Assembly: GCA_964187785.1 (NCBI GenBank)
Contig: OZ076409.1
Location: forward strand, 30,010,001-30,074,000
Source: Amphiscolops sp. MND2022
Taxonomy: Eukaryota
Direction: 5' to 3'
DNA length: 64,000 nt
The position numbers and the translations under genes were made by a program. The notes under the pieces are model-generated. The model saw only the letters and a list, made by a program, of their open reading frames with translations. It was not told where the DNA came from and made no database searches. How positions within the stretch are numbered: the stretch's first letter is position 1; each line of letters opens with the position of its first letter. Below are positions 13,101 through 27,643 of this stretch, piece by piece.

Positions 13101-15387
13101 AGATTTTGACTTGAGTCCAACTGATGCCTTGCACACCTAGGTGCGTTTGCGATCAGTCTCGTATAGATGAAAAACTAAATGAAACAGAAAAACGTCATGT
13201 GAATACAGGTAGAATGGCATGACGAATTGAAGGCTTTGCCCTAGTTGAGGGCATTTTCACTTTGTGGAAATTTAAAAGCAGCAACAGTCCTGTTGCTGCT
13301 GAATGGTAATTCATCATCAAGAAAATCATCTAGTTGAAATTCTACAGGCTTGCTTGAAAAATATGAAAGCTACTTGCAAGAAATGTTCATTTGTTTGAGA
13401 GGTATTTCCATCGCCACACACGAAGCAAGGAAAGCGAAAAAGATGCCGCGGCGTTCCTCGAAATGGAAGTAAAGCAAAATAGCGAAAATGCTTCAATAAC
13501 GGAAATTCTGCGTCGAGAAGTGGAAATGGTTAGAGAGCACGTATGCATTCATGTATGCATATCATACGTAATTATTCTTGCTGCATTTTAATGGTGAACG
13601 CTGACTTTGCTGTATTATCACTGCTATCTAAGTTGGTTTTTAAGATGGCATTATTCTGCAACAATCGATTCTTTTCCAGGTGGTTATGTGATGCTTCTAT
13701 TGAGTGACACTTTTCACTTTCCAAAAGTGAAAAAGAGAAGAAACACATGTTGCTGGATCTGCATAACTCTGATGAATTAATTCAGCTTTCGTTACTTTGT
13801 TACCAACTTCAGAACAATTGTTTGCTAATTCCGATGACGTGAAACGACGTATCATGCTGCCAGTACTTCCGTGGTAATGGTTAGTCAAATTTATAGTCTC
13901 TTTCAAAGAAAATTGCTGTAATTGACGCAAACAATAGGTAATTACACTTTGAGGGAAATGTTTACTTAGGCCCGATAATGAAATGTTATCTGAGGCCCGA
14001 AAAATATATCCAAGTAATTTGAGGCCCGAAAACCAAACAAACAAAAGAAGAATGAATTGTTCAATGATTGGACAAATAATAGAGTGAACAAAGTTAATAA
14101 TTGAAGCATTATCGCAGTTTGAATTCTTGTCAGAAATATTGAGGCACATTTATGTTTACATATTAAATTCATCGAGCCGCAGCTTCAATACTTTCTGGCC
14201 TGAAATTACACTAGCAACGGGCCTCAATTTTTTTGGGCCTCAAATATGCTACCCACTTTGAGTTCTTGAATTGGGACAGTTATACATGTAGAAGGTATCA
14301 GTAGTTCGTAAGCAGTTGTTGGAAAATAAGAATAATCTTTCTTCAACAGTAAGCTGCCGCTGGATTTAAAGGTGTTGAGTTTAGATTTTGTTCATGATGG
14401 CTTTCATGTTACTACTTTTGTCTTTTTCTTTGACATTATACCACCATAACTTTTCATTGGCTTGACTTCTAACTTGAATAACAGTATTCATCTTCTGAAA
14501 GTTTTGCTATCTGAGCCATAGCATAAGGAGCAGCTGCCCCGCTACAGAATGTCAAAGTATATCAACATTAGTGACCCTGCGAAGTGATTTTCATGGTTAG
14601 ACCGTTTCAATTTTTCTTGTCAACGAATAAATCAACTACATGAGACGAAGTGTGCTACTGAAAAACAACTCGGAACATCTAATTCTCTCAGATTCCTTGT
14701 TGAAAAAATTTGAAACTGTATCTTTTGAGCTTTTTTCTGTTCCTGGACCCGTGGGATTTTATTCCTCATAACAAGTAGAATAAAATCATTTCATTCATCG
14801 TAGGGAATTCTCTAGAAAACTTTGTTTCAAAAAGTGGCGATTTAAGATCAGCTCAAGAACCTGTTCAAGTAGCAATTGAAATTTTTGACATTGCACACGC
14901 ATTGACGTCACGGAGTGAGCAAGTTTTATTTTTCGTTTGCCACCGCGAGGTACCATCGAACTACAAAGTAAGAGTCTTTCAATTGAACACTGAATTTAAT
15001 TTACTGTGTAGACAAGTCCGCTCGAAAACGGTTCTTGTGGGTGTTTCGCATAATCTTCACGACTTGAAAAACATCTCAAAAAGATTTCTGCCATTTCGAA
15101 AACGAATCTTTTGCTAAGATTCACAAGCTGCTCAACGAAAAAGTTCGCAGTTCAAGAAATCTCACCACAAGCTCCGTTCAATCAGAAATGGATTTTCAAG
15201 CTATCTATTCTCACAGGTATTATTTTTTGGTGTGTTTCTGGTGACCAGCTTGAAAGGGGCTGACTTCACTCAAAAGTACATCTACTGTTATTTCTGTCTC
15301 GTAGCATTTCAGTGTCCTGCCTGGAAGAGGCTGAGCGCACTCCAACTCTGTATATCTTTAAACTGTGCTGGCAACTGCCCAATAGAA

Positions 15388-18300
15388 CTGTCACAAAGTG
15401 ATTTGCAAAACTCCTTGGCTTCTCGAAAGGCGCACATGGGTTTTGATACACGAAAAAGGACTGATTTTGAAACTACGAAAGCTAAACCAGTTGCTGAAAT
15501 AACATCCGTTGGTCAAATCCTTAACGAAACATTGATTGAATCCCATGAAAAGAAACTAAGACTCTCGATCAAATTAACCTGGAGATTTTAAATGGTACTG
15601 AGAACACCGATGATGCCTTAGAGGCTGAAATCAATACACAAAAGAAAAACGATGTCCAATTGAAAGGATTGTTGAAGCAAATGAAAAAGTGGCTTATAGG
15701 TCACTCCGTCAGTAACGATGAGATGATAGTTCATTGATCAGTCCCACACATCGAGGAAACTGTACTGTTGCCGAGAATTGATTTGTCTACGTTTGATTGG
15801 AGATACAAAGACTGGAAGAGTGTATGACATGTTTAAAGGAACGGTTCATGACCATTCAACGCTGCCCAAAGTCCAGAAACTATATTACCTTAAAGGCGCG
15901 CTGAGAGGCGAAGCCAAACGTGTTCTGTCGCATCTACCGACTACTGAAGCCAACTGTGATGCTGCTATCAAGTTGCTACAAGATCGTCATGACAACCGGT
16001 TCTCGATAACGAAGGCTCAGTTGACGAACATTATCCGAATTGACGCTATGAAAAAAGTCCGAATAGTCACCGCAAGCTCATTGGCGTCTTCAATGAAAAT
16101 GATATGGCCTTGAGCGACTTGAGAATCGACACAAAAGCTTGCGATTTCATCTGGGTTCATACTTTATCAAATAAGCTAGTCGGTGAAACTGCAAAAGAGT
16201 GGCAGCTGGGAAATGTTGACGGAAAGATGAGGTCAATGGATGATTACGGAAAATTTCTGGACCGTAGAGCCAGAGTTCTGGAAGCTTCTAACCGAGCTCT
16301 TGAATCAAAACGTTATCCGTTGGGACCGGATTCAGAACGTAGGAGATCAATTGGAGGAAGACAATCCAAGCCGAAGCTGTCAATCTAGTTCACCTTCATG
16401 TCCTTCCTGCAAGCAATCACGTCGAATCTATTCGTGTTCGAAATTCGTGACTGAGAGATATAGGTAGATCAAGCAACTCAGACTTTGACTCAACTTTTTA
16501 CAGGAGGGTCATGGAATCAAAATTTGAGCTTCAAAAACAACTTGCCAAAAGTGTAAGAAGAAACACCATTCCTTGCTGCATCGCGACGAGGCCTCTCCAG
16601 CCACGAGTTGCACCGTGATTTACCTACTGAAGGAAACCAAAGGTTTAAAACTTTACTGCCCACGGCAATTGTGTCTGTCGTAAAGTCAAAGTCAACTTTT
16701 GCAATGTCGAGCCTTATTAGGTAGCGGTTCATAGCTGAGTTTCATCACAGATACTTTAGCGGAAAATCTCAAGCTGAATCTGAAAGAGACAACTCAATCT
16801 TAGTGGTTTAGGCGGGAAGCCAGGTGATGGTAAAGCAGGCCATGCTAATATCGTTTAGACGTCTGATTCTAGAGAAGGTGATGTCACCGCGTATGCTCTG
16901 AAGCAACTCACGAATTGCAATTCTAGTACTTCGGTCAAACAGTTTCCAGAAAATTTGGGAATGGCGGATCCTCATTATCATGTTTCGAAACCAGTAGACA
17001 TGATTCTTGGTGCGTTTGTTTTCGAAGAGTTGATTGAGAATCAACTGGAAGAAGTTTCTCCTGACCTATTTTTGCGCAACACTGTTCAAGGATGCGTTGT
17101 GCTACGTAAACAAGGAGGCGCGACTGAAAACAATGCATTGTCATTTCTCATTGGAACACTCCGCAAGTTTTGGGAGATAGAAAGCCTACCGACGCAGACT
17201 GTTCACACTGAGGAAGAAGTCGAATGTGAGAAGCACTCCCAAGAAACCACTGATGTTGTTGCTAATAGATTTGTTGTTAAATTGCCTTCCAAAAAGAATT
17301 CCAAGTTATATAAAAGCTTGACCCAGGCTCAGCGAAGATTAGATTCGTTGGACCTTCGCTTGAATCGAAGCCCCGAATTGAGGATGAGACATTCTGGTTC
17401 CATCGAGGAGTTCATCTCGCTTGACCACATGGAAGTAATACCACAAGATGACAGTGCCAAGTCAACAAACAAAGTTTATTATTTACTGCATCATTGCGTC
17501 TTCAAGGAAGATTCCACGACAACAAAGTTACATGTAGTCTTCAATGATTCAGCGAAGACCTCCAATGGTATCTCTTAAACGACTTTAATGGTTTGACGTT
17601 GTTGTCCACAATGATCTCTCAACAAGTCTAATACGTTTTCGCTTCAAGTTGATCGCTCTGTCGGCTGACATAGCAACAATGTGTAGGCAAGTAGAGCTTG
17701 ATGCCCCCGATAAAGGTTTTCGTCTTCTTCTTTCGCGCATCAGCAAAAATGAAGTAATTAAGCACTTGCGAATAAAGCGAGTGACCTTGGAATCGCATCG
17801 TCAGCTTGTCACTCCATGTTCGAAAGTTGTTTAAAAGTTGCCAACTGTGCCCAGTCATAGCGTGGCCGATGTACTCAACAAGTGTTTTTATGTTGATGAT
17901 TTCTTTGGCGGTGCTAACAGTATCGCTGAGGCCCGAAGTTTGATGAGAGAGTTGTCACCAGCAGCTAAGTATGATTTCGAACTCAGAAAATGGACTTCAA
18001 GTGATCCCGAATTGACATTAGAACTTCCATTTGAATTGCGAGAAATCTCGAACCAGCTGTTTTCTGGGAAGTACCAAATCAAGGCGTTAGGGATTTGTTG
18101 GAAGCCTATATCCGACACTTTTGTATTTTTAATTGATCTGGACGATATCGAGAATATGGCGAAAGGCACACTTCTTTCCGATTTATCGGGTGTTTTTGAT
18201 CCCATCGGTTGGATAGCCCCGATGATCATTGCTTTCAAATGTCTAATTCATCAAACATGGGTTGAAGGTGTTTCCTGAGATGAAGAACTTGCTCCTCGAA

Positions 18301-19370
18301 ATTACGCGCTGTGTCATTCGAACGGCAGCTCCATGTTTTCTGTCATGCTTCTGAAAAAGGATATGCAGCAGTACTTTTTGTTCGTACTCAAAATTGTAAT
18401 GGGAACGGTAAAGTAAATTTGCTCACTGCCAAAACGAGAGTGGCTGCGATGAAGCAGCTGTCGATGCCACGCCTAGAACTTTGTGCCGCTCAGCTGAGAG
18501 CTAACTATTTGCGTCAAGTCAGCCATGCTCTTGAAGTTGATGATGTATTTGCATGGACGGGGATAATACAACTTTTCCGAATTGGCTCTCCAAATTACCC
18601 CAAGCGTGGAATACTTTCGCCGCTAATCGAGTTTCCAACATCCAGGAAATTTTACCGCTGGAAAACGGGGTTTATGTACTCACCAATGAAAATCCTGCAG
18701 ATGTTGCTTCGAGAGGAACTACTGCTTCTCAAATGTTAAAACATGATCTTTTGTTGAATGGTCCTTCCTTGCTGTCCACCGACAAGGAAAATGGCCGCAT
18801 CATACACCTACAATTGGGCGAATTCCCGAAATACTGGAATCAAAATCAGCTTTGACTGTCTCCGTTGCACTGCAGCTTTTCGATTTGAAAAGATTCAAGT
18901 TTCAGTAATTTCTGCCGAGTCTTTGCCTTGGTTCAGCGATTCATAACAGCCCTTGAAAAGATAGTGGGAATATGGAACATCTCATCACTCGAGAAATAAC
19001 TGCAGCAAAATATTCATTGATATCTTTTGAACAAAGAAGGTGCCAGGGGGAAGAGTTCACTCTATTGAATCAGCAACATGAGCTTCCAAAGTCATCAAGT
19101 CCAAGAAACTTTTGTCCCTTCTTCGATCCAGATTCCAATATCATGCGAGTTGGTGGTCGTTTAAGAAACTCGGAATTTAATGAGTTGAGGAAATTTCCGC
19201 TTTTCATGCCCAAAGAGTCCCCTTTAGTCAGCCTGATGATACGACATTTTCATGAAAAGACATTCCATGGTGGAGGGCAATTAACCCATGCCTCTATTTG
19301 AGAACAATTTTGGATTGTTGGTGTTAAACTGGTCATCAATGAAATCATTCAAACGTGTGAAATGTTGTCG
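15388..19370 (+). mobile_element. Decayed BEL/Pao LTR retrotransposon gag-pol, truncated in the integrase; LTRs not identified
   Basis: Gag KLYYLKGALRGEAK and a Cys knuckle; protease LLPTAIV/CRALL; RT YYLLHHCVFKEDSTTTKL, ADI and FYVDD; Pao RNase H LHVFCHASEKGY, PRLELCAA and ENPADVASRG; integrase N-terminus MRVGGRL..HEKTFHGG. Many stops and frameshifts. Confidence 0.95.
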
Positions 19371-21362
19371 AGATTTCTTGGTTGTCGGGCTTCGAAATTG
19401 CTATTTCAATTACCACGTAAAAGCATTCGCAATTAGTAACATTTTGAAGTTGAAGGAACAATATTAGAGCCCAAGAAGTGGTATTCGACGCTTTTCGTCA
19501 AGTATGGTACGTTATCACGTAAGCTACTGGTACGTAATTAGCGATTGTCACGTTTTGTTGATTTTTGAAAAAAAACTCATTTTTAACCCTAACTTGACCA
19601 ATGGTACGAATTCGGCATATTGAGTTTCTTCAAACTTCTAAATGCACCAGCTGATTGTATGGTAAAGAAAACTTTGAATAAGATTTTCAGACCATATTGC
19701 GTAGCATTCCGCGGCTTTTCACGGAATATTGACATGGTGTCTTCGAAATCAGGACTATGGGACCAAAAAAAATTGACCGCAGCTTTTAGGTTTTACCAGT
19801 TTTGTTGGTGGTCCTTTTATCCCACTGGTATCAACATTGGGTTAGAGCGGCCCCAGCATGTTTTGAAACATGCTGAAAAGCAATCAGAGACACGACGCGC
19901 GCAAAGTTTTGGAGCAAAGTCTGGAGCCGGTGCGGCGATGCGCACACCAGCGTATTACTTCTCGCAAAAAACTTCTCCCCCCAGCCCATCAGTTCGAAAA
20001 TCAAGTTGAAAGCCCCGAATGTCTTCTTTCGAACGCGCTGTGAATCGTTTTTCGAACTAGAATAGTTTAGGGATATTGCGGTTTAAAGTTTAAGCAACCG
20101 ATTTTCGGATAGATCCTGATTTTTTTTGGTCAACTTAAGGTTACGATCGAGACGTTTGCGCATCTTAGCATTATCAATCACTGAAAGGCAAACACCAGTT
20201 GTAAACATACACATCTAAACATCAGAATGTCTTTCAATCGAAACGCAAGAAGTTTTTTTTCCATTTTACAGAACTTTTCTAGCCTCCGCATCGTATCTAG
20301 GAAGCATCGAAAGAGTGCCCAATTCGGTTGTTTGAATTTTTTAGTCGGCGTTTTCGTAGGAAGAGTAGACTATAGTAGTGACGCTAATAGAAGACCGACG
20401 AACTGACGGTTTTGTAAAATTTTATAAACTCATAGGAAGTTGTATCTCTGGCAAAAGTAGAGTAGAGACCAAATACATCACTTTTTCAAATGTTGTCGGC
20501 CTAAAAATTTCAAGCGTTTGGCGAGCTCAAAGCTCATTTTTCAGCACTATGAGAGTTGTTTTCGATGAAAATTTTTTTCCAAAAAATCCGACTGTCGATG
20601 TTTGTGGTTGGGCAGAACCGTTTCCAATTTTCAATCTCATGGTGCCCTTTGGGTATTTCCCAGCACTAGAAGTTTGATACCATTCTCACACTAGTCTCTG
20701 CATATTCAAAACACTTGCTTTTTGTGAACTTTGAGCGGGATGCCGACTTAGGCTGTTCCCGGCTTGTTTATTTGATCGGTTGTGAAATTTGGAGATGAAG
20801 ATGATGTGGTGTATGAAATTTTGAAATGGAAACTGTTGGCGCTTCAATAATATCCACGAGCCGAACGAGAACAAGAATAAAGCAGGCAAGTTTATTCAAT
20901 CAGTTGATCAGAAGATTAGAACTGCATTCAAGCTATTTTTTCTAGAAAATTGCCGCTAATTTTCGGCTCACTCGTGATTCGTCTTTGTTTTGGCCTTTCG
21001 CAACCCTTTCCTTTAACCCACTCTCTACTTTCAACCCTCTCTATTTTCACTCCATTTGCTTTGTGGAAGCTGAATCTTTATACCTGCAACAGTTAAATTT
21101 TTAACAAAAATGTTTCTCGTCAGAGCATTTTGTAAGAAATGTGCCTGACTAATGCTAGTTTCTTCTCTCCAGACCACAGTGCTCACACTGAAAGGTCTTT
21201 TCTTTACCATATCCTCACAACTATATGGGACCGAAGGGGGTCCCCTTGAGGGGTTTTACGACACTGTGTGATTTCGGAAGTTTTCTTTTTTCACCTACCA
21301 ATTTTTCTATGATTCAATTTATGTTTTTGAAATGTAACTAAAAGGCTCGAATTTATCAAATA

Positions 21363-22967
21363 CAGTGCAGCTCAGATAAATCAATCTTGGCTAATCAGAA
21401 TGCTCGCTTAATCAGATGGATTATGCAATCCCCAGTCTGATGCTATAATAGAACAGCTCGTTCAAGTCGTTCAGGCATAAATCGCACGCTCGGATGTATT
21501 GAATCAAAATCGGTAGCCAATCACAATTCGTTTCACTTCTAAACCGAAGATATTTGAATGTAAAATTAAAACTAGGAAATCAAAGCAGAGTCACATTTTA
21601 CTGATTAAACTGAACAAATATCACCAAAACATGAAGCGTGCACACACCGAAAAGACATTATCAGAGAAAATTGAAGTTATAAATTATGTTGAACTACATT
21701 CAACTGTCTCAAGAAAGAAGATAGCCAATCTATTTGACGTGAAGGAAAGTACATTATCTGGGTGGATGAATAACAAAGATTGATGGGTGGATTGATCGTT
21801 GGAAAAAACATCATAACATCCACCAAGCAACAGTTTCAGGGGAATCACAATCCGTTAACAACTTGACTAGAAGAATGGAAGAAAAATCAACTGAAAATAA
21901 TTCTACACAGATATCCCCTGAACTGTATTTTTAACCTGGATGAAACGGCATTGTTTTGGGAAATTTTGCCGAATAAAACAATGAATTCAAGAATGAGAGG
22001 TGTTCTGGTGGAACTAAGTCGAGGGAAAGAATTACCATTCTACTGGGTGGTGCTTCGGCAACAGGCGATAAGTTTGCCATTAGTCATAGGAAGATCCGCA
22101 AAACCTGGTTGCTTTAGAAACAAAGTTTTGGCTGATTCAATTCTCTACAAATACAACAAGAAAGCGTGGATGACTGGTGAATTTTTTGAACAGCATTTGC
22201 GTCTTTTTGATTCGAAAAACCGGCATCCTATCTCCCAACACAACTTCCAAAACTCAGCCTATGGATTCAGGAATTATCAAGAACTTCAAAATTTCCTACA
22301 AAACATTCTCGTTCGGAAAATAATAGTGCTAATGGAAGGCGGGGAAGTGTACGAACCCGATTTATTCCAGGCAATAAAATGGGTGCGAAGGTCTTGGAAT
22401 GTTGTTACAACTGACACTATTGTAAACTGCTTTCGGCATTGCGGAGTACATGCGACAGAAGACGATGGAAGTACAATCGAAGAAACTAGTTTCATGGATG
22501 AACTTAATGGCATCCTTAGCAGTTTTCCGGATGCGCAAGATGGTACAGTTTCACCTCAAGAATTTGTGGAAATTGAAGATTTAGTCTATGTTGCCGACTC
22601 CTATCCTCCACAGCTGTTTTTGGATGAAGAATTGTCCAACAACTCCCCAGACAACGAGTCTGAAATCATCGAAGTTGTGAAACCATCGCGAACCGAAGTA
22701 GCTAAATCTTTGGAAGTTCTTGGTCGCTTTTTCATCGGCAATGAAATCGCAGAAAATGCGATAGTTGATCCGGAAAAAGAACTCACCAGCAAGCAGCAGT
22801 CACTTGTTCAGTCGCCTTCAGATTACTTTTTTGTTATTGACAACATCGATTACTTTCGTTAATTGAGTTTCAATTTTACTTGAGTTTTTTTCTGTGTTGC
22901 GTAATTCGAATTCCGTTTTACTAGATTTTACTAGTCCGCAATGATTCCAAATACACGAGCTGCACTG
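21363..22967 (+). mobile_element. pogo/Tigger DNA transposon, internally deleted
   Basis: Terminal inverted repeats CAGTGCAGCTC...GAGCTGCACTG flanked by TA at 21361-21362 and 22968-22969; encloses a transposase remnant. Confidence 0.92.
21631..22862 (+). pseudogene. CENP-B/Tigger-type DDE transposase pseudogene
   Basis: N-terminal HTH MKRAHTEKTLSEKIEVI..STLSGW, then GWIDRWK, IFNLDETALFW, KAWMTGEFF and SWNVVTTDTIVNCFRHCG. Stops, frameshifts and deletions are present. Confidence 0.9.
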
Positions 22968-24124
22968 TAATTCAAATCATCTACGAACAGCTTCAATGAA
23001 ACTCAAGCAAGAGCAACCCATCATGAATATCGAAAACAGCTTTCATCTTTCTCGAATTTGAGACTACAGAATGAGCCGGGCCATAAAATCCTCACAAGAC
23101 TTGCGCTCAAGCTCAGCGAGAAAACAGACATACGCCGATGTTGAAGGAAATATCAGAACGAACATTAGCTTTGTAGAACACTAGGTTGTAGATTTCTGAA
23201 ACGTCAGGTCATTTACGGGCCCAAATGTCGAGAGGTGCTTTATTGTTATATTTAATAAACCGAGTGCTTTATTGAATCAATAAGTCCGCCACTTGCTGAG
23301 AATTTTATTTCCGCGGAAACGTCCCTGACACTGCAAGTAGTCTGCAGCTGGCAGCGTATCGACAATGCTATCCAATTTTCTCATTAGTCTCTTGTCAACA
23401 CGGGTGACGTATTTAAGGCATCGCCCCCTCTGCTTTCGATGCGCTATGTCCTAAGGTTTAGGAGAGATAAGAAAGAGAAAATGATTATTCATACTTTTAC
23501 TATTTGCCATTTTATTTTCCACCTTAGCGCAAAAAGTACCTCACAGTAGTAATAGACGGGGGGGGGGTTGTTGTGCACGTTTTTGGCTCTTTTGAAAATT
23601 TTCGAAGATTTTCAATGCACGTTTTGGGCTCCCAAACCGAAAATTTTCCAAGTCAGAAAGGTCAAAAATCATTTTGTTTGAACTGTCAAATTTTGTATAT
23701 TTTATCACTCGGCTGTCAAATTTCATTTAATATACGTCAAAATTGATTTTTCTGCCTTTGAATAATCTCGACTCGGGAGCCCAAAAAGTGCAATGAGAAT
23801 CTGAGAATAATTTCGGCTAAAGAGCTGTAAACATGCACAAACATGCAGCCATACGACCGTGTTCATTGAATCTTAGCTACTTTAGACGTATAGTTTTAAA
23901 AAAAAAGAAAAAAAAAGAAAAACACTGTATTCCTTCATATAAAATATCTAAAAAGTAAACAAATATATGGAGGACAGTGTAAAACCGTATTATTAAAATA
24001 ATGGACAAAACGAAATATTGTATAAAAACAAATATTGAGCATTAAAATTTGACTACTTAAAACGATATTCACTCCAACATTTCTGACTATACTGAGGTCT
24101 ATCGATATCATTAATAAAACTTAT

Positions 24125-27100
24125 TTTGTACCGTAATATTGAATGATAGATCCAATATAAGTCCTATACGTCTATGTTCATTGAATCTTAGCTACTTTAG
24201 ACCTATAGTATGGTACTGTATACGGAAAGATTAATCGAATATAAAACCTATACGATCGTGTCAATTGATTCTTAGCTACTTCAGACCTATAGTATTGTAC
24301 TGTATATTGAAAGATCGATCGAATATAAGTCCAATACTATCGTGTTCATCGAATCTTAGCTACTTTAGAAATGTAGTAAAGGAATGTAATTTGAAAGATA
24401 GATCGAATTTAAGTCCTATACGACCGTGTTTATCGAATCTTAGCTACTTTAGACCTATAATATGTACTGTATATTGAAAGATAGATCGAACAAAGGTCCT
24501 ATACGGCTGCGTTCATAGAATCTTAGCTACTTTAGAACTATAGTATGGTACTGTATATTGAAAGAAAGGCCAAGCGATCGTGTTAATTGAATCTTAGCTA
24601 CTTTAGAAATATAGTATAGAAATGTAGTAAAGGAATGTAATTTGAAAGGTAGATCGAATTTAAGTCCTATACGACCGTGTTTATCGAATCTTAGCTACTT
24701 TAGACCTATAACATGTACTGTATATTGAAAGATAGATCGAACAAAGGTCCTATACGGCTGCGTTCATAGAATCTTAGCTACTTTAGAACTATAGTATGGT
24801 ACTGTATATTGAAAGAAAGGCCAAGCGATCGTGTTAATTGAATCTTAGCTACTTTAGAAATATATATTGAATCTTATATAGAAATATAAGACCGTGTTCA
24901 TCGAATCTTAGCTACTTTAGACCTATAATATGGTACTGTATATTGAAAGAAAGGCCAAGCGTAGGTCCTATACGGCTGTGTTTATTGAATCGTAGCTACT
25001 TTAGACCCATAGTATGGTACTGTATAATGGAACATTGATCAAAAATGAAACCCATACGATCGTATTCACTTAATATTAGCTACTTTAAACATAGTATGAT
25101 ACTGTATAATAAAAGATAAATCGAATATAATTCCTATACGGCTGTGTTCATTGAATCTTAGATACTTTATCCGTAGAGTATTGTACTGTATATTGAAAGA
25201 TAGATCGAATATAAGTTCTATACGAAAGTGTTCATCGAATCTTAGCTTCTTCAGACTTTTTAGTATGGAACAGTATCTTGAAAAATAGATCGAATATAAG
25301 TCCAATACTACCGTGTACATCGAATCTTAGCTACTTTAGATCTGTAATATAATACTATATATTGAAAGATAGATCGAATATAAGTCCTATACGAAAATGT
25401 TCATCGAATGTAAGCCCTATACGACCGTGTTCATCAAATCTTAGCTACTTTAGACCTATAGTATGGTACTGTATTTTGAAAGATAGATCGAACAAAGGTC
25501 CTATACGGCTGTGTTCACAGAATCTCCGCTACTTTACTCCTATTGTTTTGTACTGTAAATGGAAAAATAAATCGAATGTAAATCCTATACGAAAATGTTC
25601 ATCGAATCCCAACTACTTTAGACTTATAGTATGGAACTGTATATTGAAGAAAAGATCGGATATAAGTCCAATACGACCGTGTTCATCGAATCTTAGCTAC
25701 TTTAGAAATACAGTATAGTAATGTGTATTGAAAAATAGATCGATAAATAAGGCAATGCGACCGTGCTCATCGAATCCTAACTATTTTAGACCTAAAATAT
25801 GGTACTCTATATTGAAGGATAGATCGAACATAGGTCCTATACGACCGTGTTCATCGAATCTTAGCTACTTTAGACCTATAATATGTACTGTATATTGAGA
25901 GATAGATCGAACAAAGGTCCTATACGGCTGCGTTCATAGAATCTTAGCTACTTTAGAACTATAGTATGGTACTGTATATTGAAAGAAAGGCCAAGCGATC
26001 GTGTTAATTGGATCTTAGCTACTTTAGAAATATAATATGGTAATGTATATTGAAAGATAGATCGAATATAAGTCCCATAAGACCGTGTTCATCGAATCTT
26101 AGCTACTTTAGACCTATAATATGGTACTGTATATTGGAAGAAAGGCCAAGCGTAGGTCCTATACGGCTGTGTTTATTGAATCGTAGCTACTTTAGACCTA
26201 TAGTATGGTACTGTATAATGGAACATTGATCAAAAATGAAACCCATACGATCGTATTCACTTAATATTAGCTACTATAGACCTAGTATGATACTGTATAA
26301 TAAAGGATAAATCGAATATAATTACTATACGGCTGTGTTCATTAAATCTTAGATACTTTAGCCGTAGAGTATTGTACTGTATATTGAAAGATAGATCGAA
26401 TATAAGTTCTATACGAAAGTGTTCATCGAATCTTAGCTTCTTCAAACTTTTTAGTATGGAACAGTATCTTGAAAAATAGATCGATTATAAGTCCAATACT
26501 ACCGTGTACATCGAATCTTAGCTACTTTAGATCTGTAATATGATACTGTATATTGAAAGATAGATCGAATAGAAGTCCTGTACGAAAATGTTCATCGAAT
26601 GTAAGCCCTATACGACCGTTTTGTAGGTAGATTGCTGCGAGCATCGTGACTGAACCAAGGCTGAATGTTTTTCGGTTTGTGTCAGACAATCAACAAAAAG
26701 TGCCTAGTAACAAATTGTACATTGCGTCACTGATTTCACTACGCAAAGAAAAATACCCAGAGAACTGCAATCAAGCTATCAATTCTACCTACTCCAATAC
26801 GAGCAGCAGGGAGAAGGCTATGCATCGATGAGAGTAGAACGCGGACTGGTTCCCGGATGAGCGCAGGGAGCCTGAGTTTTGAAGATACGAAGATGTAGCA
26901 TCTCGACTGTTTGAATGAAAATTGAGTTTTGGAAGCTCAAAAGGAAACCTTGAAAGTAAATAGTCTCAGTGCTGAGTTTGGTCTTGCAGCTTTATACGAA
27001 TTCTTCCGACTTGTATACGGTCCTATACGGCTGTGTTCATAGTATCTCAGCTACTTTACTCCTATTTTGTACTGTAAATGGAAAAATAAATCGAATGTAA

Positions 27101-27430
27101 GTCCTATACGAAAGTGTTCATCGAATCCTAACTACTTTAGACTTATAGTATGGAACTGTATATTGAAGAAAAGATCGGATATAAGTCCAATATGACCGTG
27201 TTCATCGAATCTTAGCTACTTTAGAAATATAGTATAGTAGTGTGTATTGAAAGATGGATCGATAAATAAGGCAATACGACCGTGCTCATCGAATCTTAAC
27301 TATTTTAACCTGAAATATGGTACTCTATATTGAAGGATAGATCGAACATAGGTCCTATACGGCTCTGTTCCTTGAATCTTAGCTACTTTAGTCCGATAGT
27401 AGGTACTGTATTTGGAAAGATAGATCGAAT
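24125..27430 (+). repeat. 84-bp tandem array in the P1 left arm, interrupted at 26621-27017 by a displaced copy of arm-internal sequence
   Basis: Consensus gaaagatagatcgaatataagtcctatacgaccgtgttcatcgaatcttagctactttagacctatagtatggtactgtatatt; successive units start at 24141 and 24225. Confidence 0.97.
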
Positions 27431-27482
27431 GGTCTGGTGATATAAACAAACTGAAACTATGTTGACAAATCAAACGAACTTC

Positions 27483-27643
27483 CAATTAAGATATTGACCA
27501 ATATTTGTGGTTTATGTTCGGAAGAGAAAAGTTGTTTCACAAAGCATCGAACATTAGTGCAATCAGAAGAAATAACATTTGGTGGTGAAAACGAATTCAT
27601 CACACTCTGCCGCAAGTGCTGGAAACTCGAAAAACAAAACTAA
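27483..27643 (+). pseudogene. Thymidine kinase 3' fragment
   Basis: Reads IKILTNICGLCSEEKSCFTKHR...GGENEFITLCRKCWKLEKQN*. The 5' part is deleted relative to 57223-57842. Confidence 0.85.

Noticed and set aside
13697..14260. ORF 13697-14149 and clustered gaggccc/gggcctc inverted motifs
   Set aside because: The ORF has no protein-like features. The motifs may be an old MITE, but the boundaries are unsupported.
14600..15390. 5' LTR and primer-binding site of the BEL element
   Set aside because: No second LTR copy is available for comparison and no convincing PBS was found.
19380..20680. ORFs 19620-20009 and 20378-20677; probable repeat that truncates the BEL element
   Set aside because: There are no recognisable motifs and no second copy or paired ends in the window.
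25362..25718. 28-aa repeat protein (LKDRSNISPIRPCSSNLSYFRPIVWYCI) encoded by the satellite
   Set aside because: One open frame out of six is unremarkable for an 84-bp unit. Monomers carry frequent stops and non-triplet indels, and there is no zinc-finger or LRR consensus.
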